From contig CAYISA010000005.1 of NCBI GenBank assembly GCA_964365955.1, positions 751-64,750 on the forward strand: a DNA stretch of 64,000 bases. Direction: 5' to 3'. The stretch comes from an uncultured Candidatus Saccharibacteria bacterium. Its GTDB lineage: Bacteria; Patescibacteriota; Minisyncoccia; UBA6257; GWB1-50-10. A model generated the notes under the pieces. It was not told the origin of the DNA. It saw nothing but the letters and a program-made list of their open reading frames with translations, and ran no database searches. Made by a program: the position numbers and the translations under genes. Of this stretch, positions 48,436 to 58,925 are shown one piece after another; the first letter of the stretch is position 1; each line of letters opens with the position of its first letter.

Positions 48436-48957
48436 TCAATAGTCCATACGCTTCGCGAGTTTGCGCTCTCCAGTCAGATAGGTGACGACCTGATACTGGT
48501 CCTTTTCTTCTTCTTCTTCTTCTTCTTCTTCGCTGTGGCCCCGGAACGCATCCATCGAGAATAACTTTCCGGTGGAGATGCCGAGCGCAACCGATTTGAT
48601 TTTTTCCTGGATCCTCATGCGTTGGCGCAGCGCCTCAAGTTTTTCGATATGAGAAACGTCAACCGTGGCTTTTGGAATTTCACGTTGCCACAGATAACGG
48701 CGCGGGTTCCACGCGAACACGAAAGCGTTTTTTAAGAATTTCGGGAACGGCTGTCCGTTGATTTCTACGAACGCGAGCGCAATAGCGAACCCTGCGACGA
48801 AAATAGAAAGAACAATCCATGCGCCGAAGGAGAAAATATAGAAAAAAATAAACGAAACAATTCCAGCCACGCCGACATAGAAAAGCTGTATCAATGTCAG
48901 AAACCCGACAATCTTCGCTTTTTCCTCGATAAATTGTGGGACCTGAAATGTTGCCAT
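48436..48957 (-). CDS. PrgI-family (VirB3-like) protein
   Basis: FQVPQFIEEKAKIVG.LT..Q, two TM segments, INGQPF, P..YLW. Confidence 0.85.
   Translation of the reverse strand: MATFQVPQFIEEKAKIVGFLTLIQLFYVGVAGIVSFIFFYIFSFGAWIVLSIFVAGFAIALAFVEINGQPFPKFLKNAFVFAWNPRRYLWQREIPKATVDVSHIEKLEALRQRMRIQEKIKSVALGISTGKLFSMDAFRGHSEEEEEEEEEKDQYQVVTYLTGERKLAKRMDY
48505..48531 (+). repeat. (TTC)9 trinucleotide repeat encoding poly-Glu
   Basis: Perfect tandem run. Confidence 0.9.
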
Positions 48958-48971
48958 AGAAAATACCGGTT

Positions 48972-49868
48972 CTAACGGAGATCCACCACGTTCCCTTCAA
49001 TGCGCGGAGTCGGTTTTTCTTCTAGTTTTACTTCCGGCACCTTGATTGGGAGCGGAGCCCCAGAGAGAGGGGTAGGTGCGCGAGAAAATCCCGACAAACT
49101 TCGCGGAAGCGGTTTTGCGTTGGGGTTCGGTTTTTGAGGCGGCGTGACGGGCGGAAATCCTATCGAGGCAATTGGTGTTACGGGAGTTTTGGTCTCGTCA
49201 TAATGTACGACGCGTTGCGTTTTCGGGATTTCCACTTCCACGCGCGCGGGCGCTCTTTCCCCCGAGGATTGGGGCATATTCGATTTAAAGAATCTGAACG
49301 GAAGCGAAAACCCTTTCCGGTCTTCCTTTGAAGTTGTTTCCACCGCGCTCTTTTCTTCGTGGATAATAAACGGCTTGATCTCTTTTTCGCCGGCAGAGGT
49401 GCTTTGCTGTGTAACCGATACGGCGCGAGGAGTCATCGCCCCACTTTTCCCGGGAAAGAAATCCAACGACACCTTTGGGCCGTTTATTTTTTGCGATTGT
49501 GGTACGGCAGACGCTGTTTTTTGAGCCGACTCCTCCTTAAGGGGAGAGTATCCCTGTTCCAGCTGTTTCTGAATCGGAAAAAAAATCTTTTTTTCGAGTT
49601 CATCCACCAGCGCGCGGGAGTGATCGAAGTTCAGAAACAACTCTTCGCTCACAAAATGCGCCAATTCGCGCGTGTGAATGAAGCCAAGAAGCGCGAGCCC
49701 CACCAACTGTTCAAAAATCTGCAATTTTTCTTCGTTCAAGTACTGTGTTTTCCCGATGGTGCGAATAATCCGTCCGTCTTCTTCGGAATTCAAGACGCCT
49801 TGCACCGACTCCGGCAGGGAGTCATATCGTTCCAACATTGCGTCTTGTGTTAGGAGTTGGTAGTTCAT
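48972..49868 (-). CDS. Hypothetical protein with helical N-domain and Pro-rich tail
   Basis: 298-aa ORF in the operon; ends GNVVDLR. Confidence 0.8.
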   Translation of the reverse strand: MNYQLLTQDAMLERYDSLPESVQGVLNSEEDGRIIRTIGKTQYLNEEKLQIFEQLVGLALLGFIHTRELAHFVSEELFLNFDHSRALVDELEKKIFFPIQKQLEQGYSPLKEESAQKTASAVPQSQKINGPKVSLDFFPGKSGAMTPRAVSVTQQSTSAGEKEIKPFIIHEEKSAVETTSKEDRKGFSLPFRFFKSNMPQSSGERAPARVEVEIPKTQRVVHYDETKTPVTPIASIGFPPVTPPQKPNPNAKPLPRSLSGFSRAPTPLSGAPLPIKVPEVKLEEKPTPRIEGNVVDLR

Positions 49869-49874
49869 GGGGTG

Positions 49875-52457
49875 TTATGGTGTTGGCGGTGTTGATCCTG
49901 GTGGTGGATTCCCTCCCCCCTGTTTTTTCTTCAGCTCATCTTGTGCGTCGGACGCGGCGTTTTGAAGTTCTGTGATCATAGCGATATCTTCGGGTTTGGT
50001 CATATCAAGAATTCCCGCGTTTTGAATGCTTGTTATTTGATTCGCAAGATCCTTAACACGCTGATCCCACTCCGCCGCGCCCTTCGGTTTTTTGACCCGA
50101 ATGTTCTGGAATGTATCAATCGTCTGCTCAATTTTCTTTATTTCCGCGTCTTTTATGTCAGCCTGTGTTTTATTTCCGTCACCAATATATTGGTCCCTCT
50201 GCTTTTTGAGAGTTTGCATATGGGTTTCCCATTTCTTTTCGGCCAAGAATAATTTTTTATCTTCCTCATTAAAGCGCCGAATCTGCGCGTCCAAACTCTT
50301 AATTTTTTCGTCATATGCCGAAGACGGAACCATTTTATTTTCGATCTGCTTATCGCGTAACGCGGCGATCTCTTTCTTCTGCGCCTTTGCTTCCGCCGCC
50401 GTTTCCGGTTTTCCATGTTCTTTATCGCGGCGATCCATAAGAGAGTATTCCTGATACTCCAAAGCCTTCTTTTCTCTTTCAAGCCGAGGCTTATCAAGGG
50501 ATGATGCAACGTTGATCTCTTTTTGTTTGTCATTGCTCTCTTCCGTCACGCGATCTATTTCTTCTTCGATTGCCGGACCCTCCAGTTTTCCTTGCATCTT
50601 GCGGAGCTGCGCCTCGCGCTCCCGCGGATCTGTGTAGTTTGTTGCCGTTTTGTGGATGCGTTGTGCTTCCTCGTTTGCGGAGTCGGAGTCTTGTATCTTA
50701 TTCTGCAAAGTTCCAATCTGCGACTGTGTTACGCGTTTCTGTTCGGTAAGTCTCTCGATCTGGTCCTTGTCTTTTGTTGCAGAAATCGCAGCATCAATTT
50801 TTGTCAGGTCGTCGTGAAGCGTGTTAAGTTCGCTGTCTACCAAAGTGGTATTCGACGGATCAATCTGTGCATGCAGTTCATCCCGCTGTTTGTTGATTTC
50901 TTTCTGTCCTGCGCCGGCATAACCCTGTTGTTCCGTGGCGTCCGTAATACGCTTTGCGGCTTTCTCTTGTTCCGTTGCGGAGAGTTTTTCTTTCGGTTTT
51001 TCCTTCTCTTTGAAAATTCCCGCGCTCGTCAACATATTACCCATAACAGATCCTGGGTTGATTTTTTCCTGTAGCGCAAGGTTTTTGGTGTATTTTTCAG
51101 CTCCTTTCAGCGTGGCGCCCACACCGCCTTTCTTTGCGTCGTACGGTCGTATTCCTAAAGCAGACGTCGTAACGTTGGATGCAACTGCCGCGATTTTACG
51201 CCAGCCTTTCATATTCTTTGTATCAAAGCCTTTCTCAAGTTTCTGTAAGCGTCCACCAAGTTTTCCAGCTCCTGTCGCCAGTTTCTGTCCCATTTCCGTT
51301 TGCGCGACTCTTTTTTGATACAACGCTTTCGTACGCGCCCCCGCGTATTTTCGCAGACCCTTCCCGCCGTCTTTTGCCATTTTGACTGCCGCGCCGGCAC
51401 CCTCAATTCCCATTTTGTCCGCCACAATCAAACCGCCCAACATCACGCCCGCAACGATAATCATCTGAACGCCCTGTTGCATGATGCCACCCAAGACTCC
51501 GCCCAAAAAACCTCCGGCAGCCGCGCCGCCCATCGAACTCATTCCCGCTCCGCCCGTTCCCGCGAGTTTCGCAAGCTGTTTTACGGACGCAATTGAAAGA
51601 AACATGAAAAAAGTTGAGGCGGGAGCGAAAAATGTCCATTTCATAAAATCGTGCCACCATTTGCTGTACTGGCTTGAAAGCGGCGGAAATACCCAGAAAA
51701 GCCAGACAAGCGGCGAAAGAATCGCAAGGAACGAGAGATGTAAGAAACGGAGGAGCAGAAGAAACGCGAACGCCAAAAACACGAATGTCGCAAGAAGCGT
51801 AAAGACCATGGTAAACACAAGCCCCGCAACGGAGCTCAATGCTCCGACCGTAAGCGAAGTAAGCGCGCCCTCTTCTTCCGCCGGGTTTGGCGGTGCTGGG
51901 TCTTCTTCGCCGATCAGAAATTTTTGTGGACCGAATGCATCCGCAAGTGTGCCCGTGAGACCACTCGGACCCACACCCGTTCCCGTGGTCGTCTGTTTGA
52001 TGAAAAAATTAGTTATCGTGTTTGAAAAGTTCACAAAAACGGCCATGAGCGGCAAACTGAAGTTCACGATAATCGCCGCGGCGATGAGCTTCGGCAGAAG
52101 TTTTTTAGCGGCATAATCGCGGTACCGGACAATCGTGGAAACCGCGATGATAATGATCACGATCACAAAACCAAGGTTCGCAATATCGCGCACAATCGGC
52201 CAACCGACTGTCACAATCGTATTCCCTTTTCCGAGCACGCCCTGATTGATATTCAGCATCACATCCACAAGAAACGCGGCAAGCTGGAACAGGACCGAAA
52301 AAATGAAGTTCAGAATATACGCAAGAATTTTAAATGCGCCAATAACAATATCCGTGACGCTACCAAACGGCCAGACAGCATGCGTTACTGACGGCGTGAT
52401 CAAAACCATAAGCGCGAGTCCGGCTACAATAAGATATTTTTTAGGAATACGTTTCAT
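49875..52457 (-). CDS. VirB6/TrbL-like polytopic membrane protein with long coiled-coil tail
   Basis: GW.IVRDIAN, LI.AAIIVNFS, LAILSPL..W, KWW..F.KW.FFAP. Confidence 0.8.
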   Translation of the reverse strand: MKRIPKKYLIVAGLALMVLITPSVTHAVWPFGSVTDIVIGAFKILAYILNFIFSVLFQLAAFLVDVMLNINQGVLGKGNTIVTVGWPIVRDIANLGFVIVIIIIAVSTIVRYRDYAAKKLLPKLIAAAIIVNFSLPLMAVFVNFSNTITNFFIKQTTTGTGVGPSGLTGTLADAFGPQKFLIGEEDPAPPNPAEEEGALTSLTVGALSSVAGLVFTMVFTLLATFVFLAFAFLLLLRFLHLSFLAILSPLVWLFWVFPPLSSQYSKWWHDFMKWTFFAPASTFFMFLSIASVKQLAKLAGTGGAGMSSMGGAAAGGFLGGVLGGIMQQGVQMIIVAGVMLGGLIVADKMGIEGAGAAVKMAKDGGKGLRKYAGARTKALYQKRVAQTEMGQKLATGAGKLGGRLQKLEKGFDTKNMKGWRKIAAVASNVTTSALGIRPYDAKKGGVGATLKGAEKYTKNLALQEKINPGSVMGNMLTSAGIFKEKEKPKEKLSATEQEKAAKRITDATEQQGYAGAGQKEINKQRDELHAQIDPSNTTLVDSELNTLHDDLTKIDAAISATKDKDQIERLTEQKRVTQSQIGTLQNKIQDSDSANEEAQRIHKTATNYTDPREREAQLRKMQGKLEGPAIEEEIDRVTEESNDKQKEINVASSLDKPRLEREKKALEYQEYSLMDRRDKEHGKPETAAEAKAQKKEIAALRDKQIENKMVPSSAYDEKIKSLDAQIRRFNEEDKKLFLAEKKWETHMQTLKKQRDQYIGDGNKTQADIKDAEIKKIEQTIDTFQNIRVKKPKGAAEWDQRVKDLANQITSIQNAGILDMTKPEDIAMITELQNAASDAQDELKKKQGGGNPPPGSTPPTP

Positions 52458-52463
52458 GTGGTG

Positions 52464-54284
52464 TTATAGCGAACAGGCGTAGGGACCGGCTTGGCACGCT
52501 CTTAACCGCGGATTTACCGTGGACGAGGCAACCGTGTTGATGTCGAAGCTAAAGCTCGGAACGATGGTAGTGATGATATTCTCTACAGAAAGATAAACAT
52601 TATTTACGACCGCAACCAGTTCTGTAAGCGATGCAACGGAGATAGCGGGGTCGTTCGCGGCAGTGCGGACTTGCTGAAGCTGGCCGGAGAGCGTTTTTAA
52701 CGAATCCAACTGGGATTGGATCACGTTTGCGCGGGTCGTGTTATTTTTTGCGATTGTCTCTGTGCTTGCACAAGGGAAGTCGGGATAGAGACCATCGGGA
52801 TCTGGAATTTTTATTTTTTCACACGCAACCAAAAGTGTTGTGGACGCAATCAAACGGTTGTTCAATGGCGTGAGTATGGGGAGCGGTGAACTAATCGTCA
52901 AAAGCGAAGAACTTGCGACGCGCATGCGCGCGGTAGTTAAGGCAATCGTCTTTGAGATCGCGTCTTTTAGCTGTGCGCTGGGGTCGAATGAGGTTCCGTA
53001 CTCGCTCCCATACCCGCCATAACGCTGATCACGCGGATCACGGCTATTATTCCACGTTTCCGAAGCGCGTCCCGTACCGCTCTCGCTCGAGAGGTTGTTC
53101 GAATCTCCACGAAGTCCTTTCACCCCTTCTTTGAATAGACGATTAATTGAGGCGTCAAAAATGGCGGAGATGTAGGGGGCAAGATCATCTGCGTTAGCAA
53201 GTAGTTGTATATCAGGTTGTATAAGCGCCTGATTTGTAAGACTTGCAACCGTTGTTCCAGGAACAGTGACCTTTTCTTTGGTACACTTCCACGTTGATGC
53301 GCTAACTGCCCCGGCTCCAACAGGAAGAGCTGTAGGTATAAATCCTTGACGCGCGGCGTCTGTATCATAAAAATTATCGTTCCAAACTGGACCGTTAGGA
53401 CCGTAGGGATTAGGAGAATTATCCGACCGCATGGATTGTGGATGTACAGAGTTATCTCCAAGGCGAAGATCGCGTGACCACTCGTAACACGCTTTTTCGT
53501 CTGTGTATCCGCCACCGGAATTTAATGCGATGCGATCCGCCTCCGCTTTTTGCGCCTGCAGTTTCGACGCCTGATCGACTGCCAGAATTTCGAGCCCCCA
53601 GCGATTATTCTGCGGCTTCAGCACTTCGTTGTATCCAACCCAGCCGCCCGCGCGAAAGTCACGGTTAAAATCCCCCACGTTTTTTACGACATCCGTAAGC
53701 GTGCAGTTCACCTGTTCTGTAAATGGAGCGGGTTGTTGAAGTTGCAGTTGCAAACGTGCCGTTAGACTGCCGGAACAGAGATTACTAAATCCCAGCGCCT
53801 CTACGGTCTGTCCGATGGATTCATCGGCGGTATCTTTTAAGAAACCTCCAAAATCATCAACGAAACGAGGTTGTCCGCTACCATCGTCCTTTATCCAAGC
53901 CACAACATCGTCGGTCATTTTATCCAAAAGGCGTTTTTTGAATTTCTGAAGAGCAACCTTCGCTATTTTATCGGTGACATATTTGATGCAGTTTTTTAAG
54001 CCCTCTTTATGGGCAAGATTGCGCAGTTCAGCGTCCTTTACAGCATCTTCTCCGCCGCCAAAAAGACCGCCAAGAACACCGCCAATAATCGGAATGCCTT
54101 CAGCAATTTTACTTAGACGATTTTGGATCTGTGCGAACAAAAGGTCGAGCCCGAGATCGGACAAACAATCCTTCCCAGGGTCGGGATCCGCAGCGGAGAC
54201 GTTACGGGGAATTATTCCAATTCCAAACGCGGTCGCAAGAATCGCTACAAGGAGAACGCCGGATAGGGCGCGCGTAGGTTTCAT
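52464..54284 (-). CDS. Exported Cys-containing hypothetical protein
   Basis: Signal peptide; PRFV.D, CTL..V, F..GGW, PQNN, GG...K.C, VPG. Confidence 0.8.
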   Translation of the reverse strand: MKPTRALSGVLLVAILATAFGIGIIPRNVSAADPDPGKDCLSDLGLDLLFAQIQNRLSKIAEGIPIIGGVLGGLFGGGEDAVKDAELRNLAHKEGLKNCIKYVTDKIAKVALQKFKKRLLDKMTDDVVAWIKDDGSGQPRFVDDFGGFLKDTADESIGQTVEALGFSNLCSGSLTARLQLQLQQPAPFTEQVNCTLTDVVKNVGDFNRDFRAGGWVGYNEVLKPQNNRWGLEILAVDQASKLQAQKAEADRIALNSGGGYTDEKACYEWSRDLRLGDNSVHPQSMRSDNSPNPYGPNGPVWNDNFYDTDAARQGFIPTALPVGAGAVSASTWKCTKEKVTVPGTTVASLTNQALIQPDIQLLANADDLAPYISAIFDASINRLFKEGVKGLRGDSNNLSSESGTGRASETWNNSRDPRDQRYGGYGSEYGTSFDPSAQLKDAISKTIALTTARMRVASSSLLTISSPLPILTPLNNRLIASTTLLVACEKIKIPDPDGLYPDFPCASTETIAKNNTTRANVIQSQLDSLKTLSGQLQQVRTAANDPAISVASLTELVAVVNNVYLSVENIITTIVPSFSFDINTVASSTVNPRLRACQAGPYACSL

Positions 54285-55111
54285 AAGGATGGTTGCCCCA
54301 AAGATTTTCCGATCTCGGTCTGAAATGTTTCAAGAAGCTGACTTTCTCGGTCCGCGCTTTCCGACAATTTATTGATTGCCATATAAGCCCTGAAGGGATC
54401 TTCCGCACTTTGCGAAATAATCGTTCCAAGCGAAAATCGCGCTTGCCAGAGATTCAAAAGTTCTACATGAAATGCGCCCCATCCGGACGGAACCTTTATC
54501 GAGAGAAGATCAGTTACATAGTGTGATGCGGCATCCAACTGACTTTGTATGGCAGTGGTGCGCCCATTCTGGAATGCGTCCACGATTCCCAAAAAATAAT
54601 TCGAGGTAACATTTTTGAATTCTTTCGTATGCATCTCCACGACGGTTTTGAAATACGTGGTTAATTCTTCTTTTGTGGGAGCGGTCACGGAAACGCGGAT
54701 ATCGCGAACGCTATAAGTGGGAATCGTAAGGGATTGTGTATTCAGTTCGTTTGAAACAATAGAGTTTAAAGCGTCTTCCGTAGGAACAGAAACTTTGCCG
54801 CCGTTCAGCCCGGATCCTTTCGGATTTTGCTTCAAGATCTGGAGCGTGTAAGCATTCAGAACATTTTCCGTGATATTGCCAGAAAGGACGTTCGCGGGTT
54901 TCAGCGGTTCCGGCGTCGCAGTTTGTGATGTAGGCGCTTGAATGGATGCAAAATAAGGCGAGCTTTTTATGGACCCGCCCGACGGATCCATAGAAACAAG
55001 GATGTTTTGTTGGGGCGCACTCCCGCTTTTTGCGATGACGAAAGAAAATAAAACGCTTCCCGCAAGAATCATCAAGGCGTATACTCTTTTTCTTGTGAAA
55101 AGTGTTCGCAT
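54281..55111 (-). CDS. Membrane-anchored hypothetical protein (first gene of the operon)
   Basis: N-terminal TM; VP..W..FH..LLN, DPFRA; TATAAT 8 nt upstream. Confidence 0.8.
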   Translation of the reverse strand: MRTLFTRKRVYALMILAGSVLFSFVIAKSGSAPQQNILVSMDPSGGSIKSSPYFASIQAPTSQTATPEPLKPANVLSGNITENVLNAYTLQILKQNPKGSGLNGGKVSVPTEDALNSIVSNELNTQSLTIPTYSVRDIRVSVTAPTKEELTTYFKTVVEMHTKEFKNVTSNYFLGIVDAFQNGRTTAIQSQLDAASHYVTDLLSIKVPSGWGAFHVELLNLWQARFSLGTIISQSAEDPFRAYMAINKLSESADRESQLLETFQTEIGKSLGQPSL

Positions 55112-55127
55112 TTTCCTTTATTATACA

Positions 55128-55931
55128 CTATTTTTGCGGACATCCGAGTGTTTTTGTAAGTGCTATAATGGTTTCAACCGATAGATTCTGCGGGCGGCTG
55201 TTTGCAGGAACAGAAAGATGCGCTAATGCTTTGATGACGGCGGTTTTTTTCGCGGGGTAGGCAAAAACAAGGTTGTTCAAAACCGTCTTTCTCGGTTGCC
55301 GGAAGAGATTGCGGACGAATAAGAAGTAATTTTTCAAAAAAGAATCATCGGGAATCCCGGGTTTCGAGTTTAACTCTATGACGGCGGAGTTCACGTTGGG
55401 CTGTGGCGAAAAATAGCGGGCCGGAATTTTTAAAATGAGTTTGGGCGTTGCCCATATCTGGAGCGTAGCGGCCAACAGATTCATGCGTGGCGGAAGCGCA
55501 ACGATCCGTTCCGCTACTTCTTGCTGGATCGTAAACACCGCGCGCGTCGGCCGTTTCGGCAAATCTCCCAGCAGGCGGAATAAATAACCCGTGAGGTAAT
55601 ACGGGATATTCCCTATGACCTTAAAGCCATTTTTGTTTGAAAAACGCGCGACAACGCCGGGAAGTTCTTTTCGGACATCTCCTTCCCTTACAACCAAATT
55701 CGGAAAGCGCGAAACCGGGAATATCCTGCGAAGCTCCTTTGCGAGGCGCGCATCCTTTTCGATTGTGAGAAGGTGAAGTTTCGGAACTTTCTCTAAAAGC
55801 GCGCGCGTCAGTTCGCCGTGACCCGGACCCACTTCGATGACCGCGTCTTCGCCGGTTGGTTCAAGCGCATCCGCAATTGCGAAGAGAGTCGGGTGGTGCG
55901 TCAAAAAATGTTGTCCTAATCGTTTCGGCAT
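55128..55931 (-). CDS. rsmA: 16S rRNA dimethyladenosine transferase
   Basis: RLGQHFL, EVGPGHG, GNIPY, Q.EVAERI, FSPQPNVNS. Confidence 0.96.
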   Translation of the reverse strand: MPKRLGQHFLTHHPTLFAIADALEPTGEDAVIEVGPGHGELTRALLEKVPKLHLLTIEKDARLAKELRRIFPVSRFPNLVVREGDVRKELPGVVARFSNKNGFKVIGNIPYYLTGYLFRLLGDLPKRPTRAVFTIQQEVAERIVALPPRMNLLAATLQIWATPKLILKIPARYFSPQPNVNSAVIELNSKPGIPDDSFLKNYFLFVRNLFRQPRKTVLNNLVFAYPAKKTAVIKALAHLSVPANSRPQNLSVETIIALTKTLGCPQK

Positions 55932-55986
55932 GTTATATTGGGGTATCAGTACTATTCTAAGCCACATTTTGGAATACGGTAAGCGA

Positions 55987-56988
55987 ATGCTTAAGACGAC
56001 CACACTTTGGTCGATTGTTTTTCTGTGTATCGCGGTATCGGGGAGCGTTGCTTTTTCCGTGTTGGTGCGCAAGGGCAGTACGTTGGAAGAGATCTATCGC
56101 GTGGAGGGAGGTCTCGCAAACGGAAATGACGACTTTTCTTTTGCAGTAGGAAGACAGGGAATAGGAAACGGGCATGCCACTTTGGAAGCGATGCGCTTTG
56201 TATCTATGGACGGGTCTCTTCTTGCGTCCCTTTCCCCTTTAACGAACATGATTGCTTCGCGGAACGGCCTGAAGCGGTACACGGTGCAGAAAAAAGATAC
56301 GCTCGCAAAAATCGCCTCGCAATTCAATATCGATGTGGCGACCATCAAGGCGGCGAATCCGGGTATTCGCTCGGGGCTTCGTCCGGGGCAGCAAATCAGC
56401 ATTTTGCCTGTTTCGGGCATCGTGTACGACGTTGTGGAAGGCGATACGGTGGAATCACTCGCGTTAAAATTCCATATGGAACCCGATCTTTTCAGGCGTT
56501 ACAACCCCGATTTTCAGAAAGTTTTAGTAACGGGCCGCGGAACGCTTATTTTACCGAACGTGAAACCGGATACATCGCTCATCGCCAAAAAAGAAGGGGC
56601 GCTCCCCGATCTAAAAGGCTATTTTTCGCTTCCCGCGAAAGGATGGAATTGGGGCGAGCTACACGAAAAAAACGCGGTGGATATCGCGAATAAATGCGGA
56701 ACGGAAGTATACGCATCGGCGGACGGAGTGGTGGTTCCGGATGACAAGTTCGGCGAAGGTGCGGACGGGTGGAATGATGGATACGGCGTTTTTGTTTTGT
56801 TGGAACACCCGAACGGCACGCGTACGCGGTACGCGCATTTGGGACGGGCGCTCGTGACGGTGGGAGAAGAAGTGAGTCAAGGAACCATCGTGGGCGTGAT
56901 GGGGAACACGGGGAACACGCACGGACCCAGCGGGTGCCACCTTCATTTTGAAGTGCTCGGCGCAAAGAACCCTTTCGCTATTCGCTGA
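55987..56988 (+). CDS. LysM plus M23 metallopeptidase
   Basis: Two LysM repeats; H..NAVD, YAHL, HLHFE. Confidence 0.92.
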   Translation: MLKTTTLWSIVFLCIAVSGSVAFSVLVRKGSTLEEIYRVEGGLANGNDDFSFAVGRQGIGNGHATLEAMRFVSMDGSLLASLSPLTNMIASRNGLKRYTVQKKDTLAKIASQFNIDVATIKAANPGIRSGLRPGQQISILPVSGIVYDVVEGDTVESLALKFHMEPDLFRRYNPDFQKVLVTGRGTLILPNVKPDTSLIAKKEGALPDLKGYFSLPAKGWNWGELHEKNAVDIANKCGTEVYASADGVVVPDDKFGEGADGWNDGYGVFVLLEHPNGTRTRYAHLGRALVTVGEEVSQGTIVGVMGNTGNTHGPSGCHLHFEVLGAKNPFAIR

Positions 56989-58522
56989 TCTTTAACCGAT
57001 ACTGCAGCGCCTCGGCAAGATGGTTTTTTGTTATACATTCCGACCCGTCAAGATCGGCGATGGTGCGTGCTACCTTTAGCGTTCGATAATATGCGCGCGG
57101 GGAGATGAAAGCTTTTTCGAGCGCTTGTTTCAAAAACGTTTCCGCCGGCGCATCCAATACGACTAGCAGGTCAGTCTGTTTTGAAGACATTTCGGAATTA
57201 CTCCAGATGTGTGGACGTGTGTGCGCGAAACGGTTGTGTTGGATGCCTCGTGCGCTCTTCACACGTGAACGGAAGTCCGCATCGTTTTTTATTTCGGGAG
57301 TTGCGCGAAGCGTTGCAACGGAAAGGCGCGGAATCTCGAGTTGGATATCGATGCGGTCGAGAAGCGGTCCGGACGCCTTTTTCTGATAGCGAAAAATTTC
57401 ATGTGCGGTACAGCGACATTCTTTTTCGGGATCTTCAAAGTATCCGCACGGACACGGGTTCATGGAGGCGAGAAGGGTGAAGCGAGCCGGGAAAACCAGC
57501 GCTTCCTTAGCGCGGGCAATGTGGATGCTTCCGTCCTCAAGGGGCTGTCGTAGACCTTCCAGTACATCGCGGTGAAATTCCGGCATCTCGTCCAAAAAAA
57601 GAACACCGCGGTGCGCCAAACTGACTTCGCCTGGGCGGGGGTTCGTCCCACCTCCTAAAATTGCGACAGCAGAAGCACTGTGGTGAGGCGCTCGGAAAGG
57701 GCGCCACGCAATAATCGGCGTACTTCCCGTGAGCCCCGCCGCGCTCCAGATTTCCGTAATTTCTATCGCTTCTTCAAGAGTCGGTGTCGGCAAAATAGAC
57801 GCAAACGCTTGCGCGAGCATTGTTTTTCCGGTTCCCGGAGGTCCGGACATAAGAACGTTGTGTCCGCCGGCGGCGGCGACAAGGAGCGCTCGTTTCGCGT
57901 GATCTTGCCCCTTGACTTCGGAAAGAGAGAAGAGTGAAGGAGGGAGCGCGGAAGTGAGTCCCGGCATATGGGATACGGGCGGAATAAGATGAATACTTTC
58001 CAGATGTTCCATGAGTTCCCGCAGTGTAGTGACGGGAAATATTTTTAATTGCGGAACGATCGCAGCTTCGGCTGCGTTTTGTGCGGGAAGATACAATTCT
58101 TTGAATCCGCGCCGTTTTGCGAGAAGCGCGATATTCAATGCCCCGTTCACCGGACGGAGGGTACCATCCAGTGAAAGTTCCCCCACAAACAGCGCGTGTG
58201 CTGTTTCGAATTGCTGAAGCTGTTCGCTTGCCAGAAGATATGCGAGTGCGATGGGGAGATCAAATCGCGACCCTGCTTTTTTTATATCCGCCGGCGCAAG
58301 ATTGATGGTAATGCGGCGGTTTTCTTTCGTGGGCGGCTTGATTCCGGAATTTTTCAGCGCCGAATTGACACGCTCTTTTGCCTCGCTCACCGCTTTGTCG
58401 GCGAGCCCCACGATGTTAAACGAGTGGAGACCGACGTTAATGTCGGCTTCCACTTCAATAAGGTTTGCCTGGATTCCCTCGAGTTCCGCGGAAAATAATT
58501 TAGGGATTCCTTTCCCACGCAT
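56978..58522 (-). CDS. comM: ComM/YifB Mg-chelatase-like helicase
   Basis: IVGL, NLAPAD, GPPGTGKT, FRAPHH, PGEVSLAHRG, NPCPCG, ARTIADL. Confidence 0.95.
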   Translation of the reverse strand: MRGKGIPKLFSAELEGIQANLIEVEADINVGLHSFNIVGLADKAVSEAKERVNSALKNSGIKPPTKENRRITINLAPADIKKAGSRFDLPIALAYLLASEQLQQFETAHALFVGELSLDGTLRPVNGALNIALLAKRRGFKELYLPAQNAAEAAIVPQLKIFPVTTLRELMEHLESIHLIPPVSHMPGLTSALPPSLFSLSEVKGQDHAKRALLVAAAGGHNVLMSGPPGTGKTMLAQAFASILPTPTLEEAIEITEIWSAAGLTGSTPIIAWRPFRAPHHSASAVAILGGGTNPRPGEVSLAHRGVLFLDEMPEFHRDVLEGLRQPLEDGSIHIARAKEALVFPARFTLLASMNPCPCGYFEDPEKECRCTAHEIFRYQKKASGPLLDRIDIQLEIPRLSVATLRATPEIKNDADFRSRVKSARGIQHNRFAHTRPHIWSNSEMSSKQTDLLVVLDAPAETFLKQALEKAFISPRAYYRTLKVARTIADLDGSECITKNHLAEALQYRLKISE

Positions 58523-58525
58523 GGT

Positions 58526-58870
58526 TTATGCCGTTTGCCTAAGTTTGCAATCCTGACAGAGCTCGGACTCCGGATCCACTTCAAGAACGGCTAACGGGAT
58601 AGGTTGCTTGCATGTTTCGCATATTCCGTACGTCCCGTCCTTTATTTTTTGAAGCGCCGTATCAATGCGTTCCGTTCGTGTTTTTAGGGATTCCACCAGT
58701 TCCACCTGATTTGAAAATTCAGTGGTTTCATCGCCTTCTTCCTGATACGAATCCGTATCATCGCCGTAGTCGCGTGTTTTTTGCAATTCTTCAAGACGTT
58801 TTTTAATTTCTTTTCGCCCATTCAAAAGTTTTTCCGAAAAACGTGTGATTTGCTCGGTTGAAAATGACAT
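58526..58870 (-). CDS. DksA/TraR C4 zinc-finger protein
   Basis: AL.KI..GTYGICETC...I...L...P...LC..C. Confidence 0.9.
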   Translation of the reverse strand: MSFSTEQITRFSEKLLNGRKEIKKRLEELQKTRDYGDDTDSYQEEGDETTEFSNQVELVESLKTRTERIDTALQKIKDGTYGICETCKQPIPLAVLEVDPESELCQDCKLRQTA

Positions 58871-58925
58871 TGAAAAAACAATAGCTCCTCATGGAGCCAT
58901 TGTCAAACGTTTAAGTGGGCAGAAT

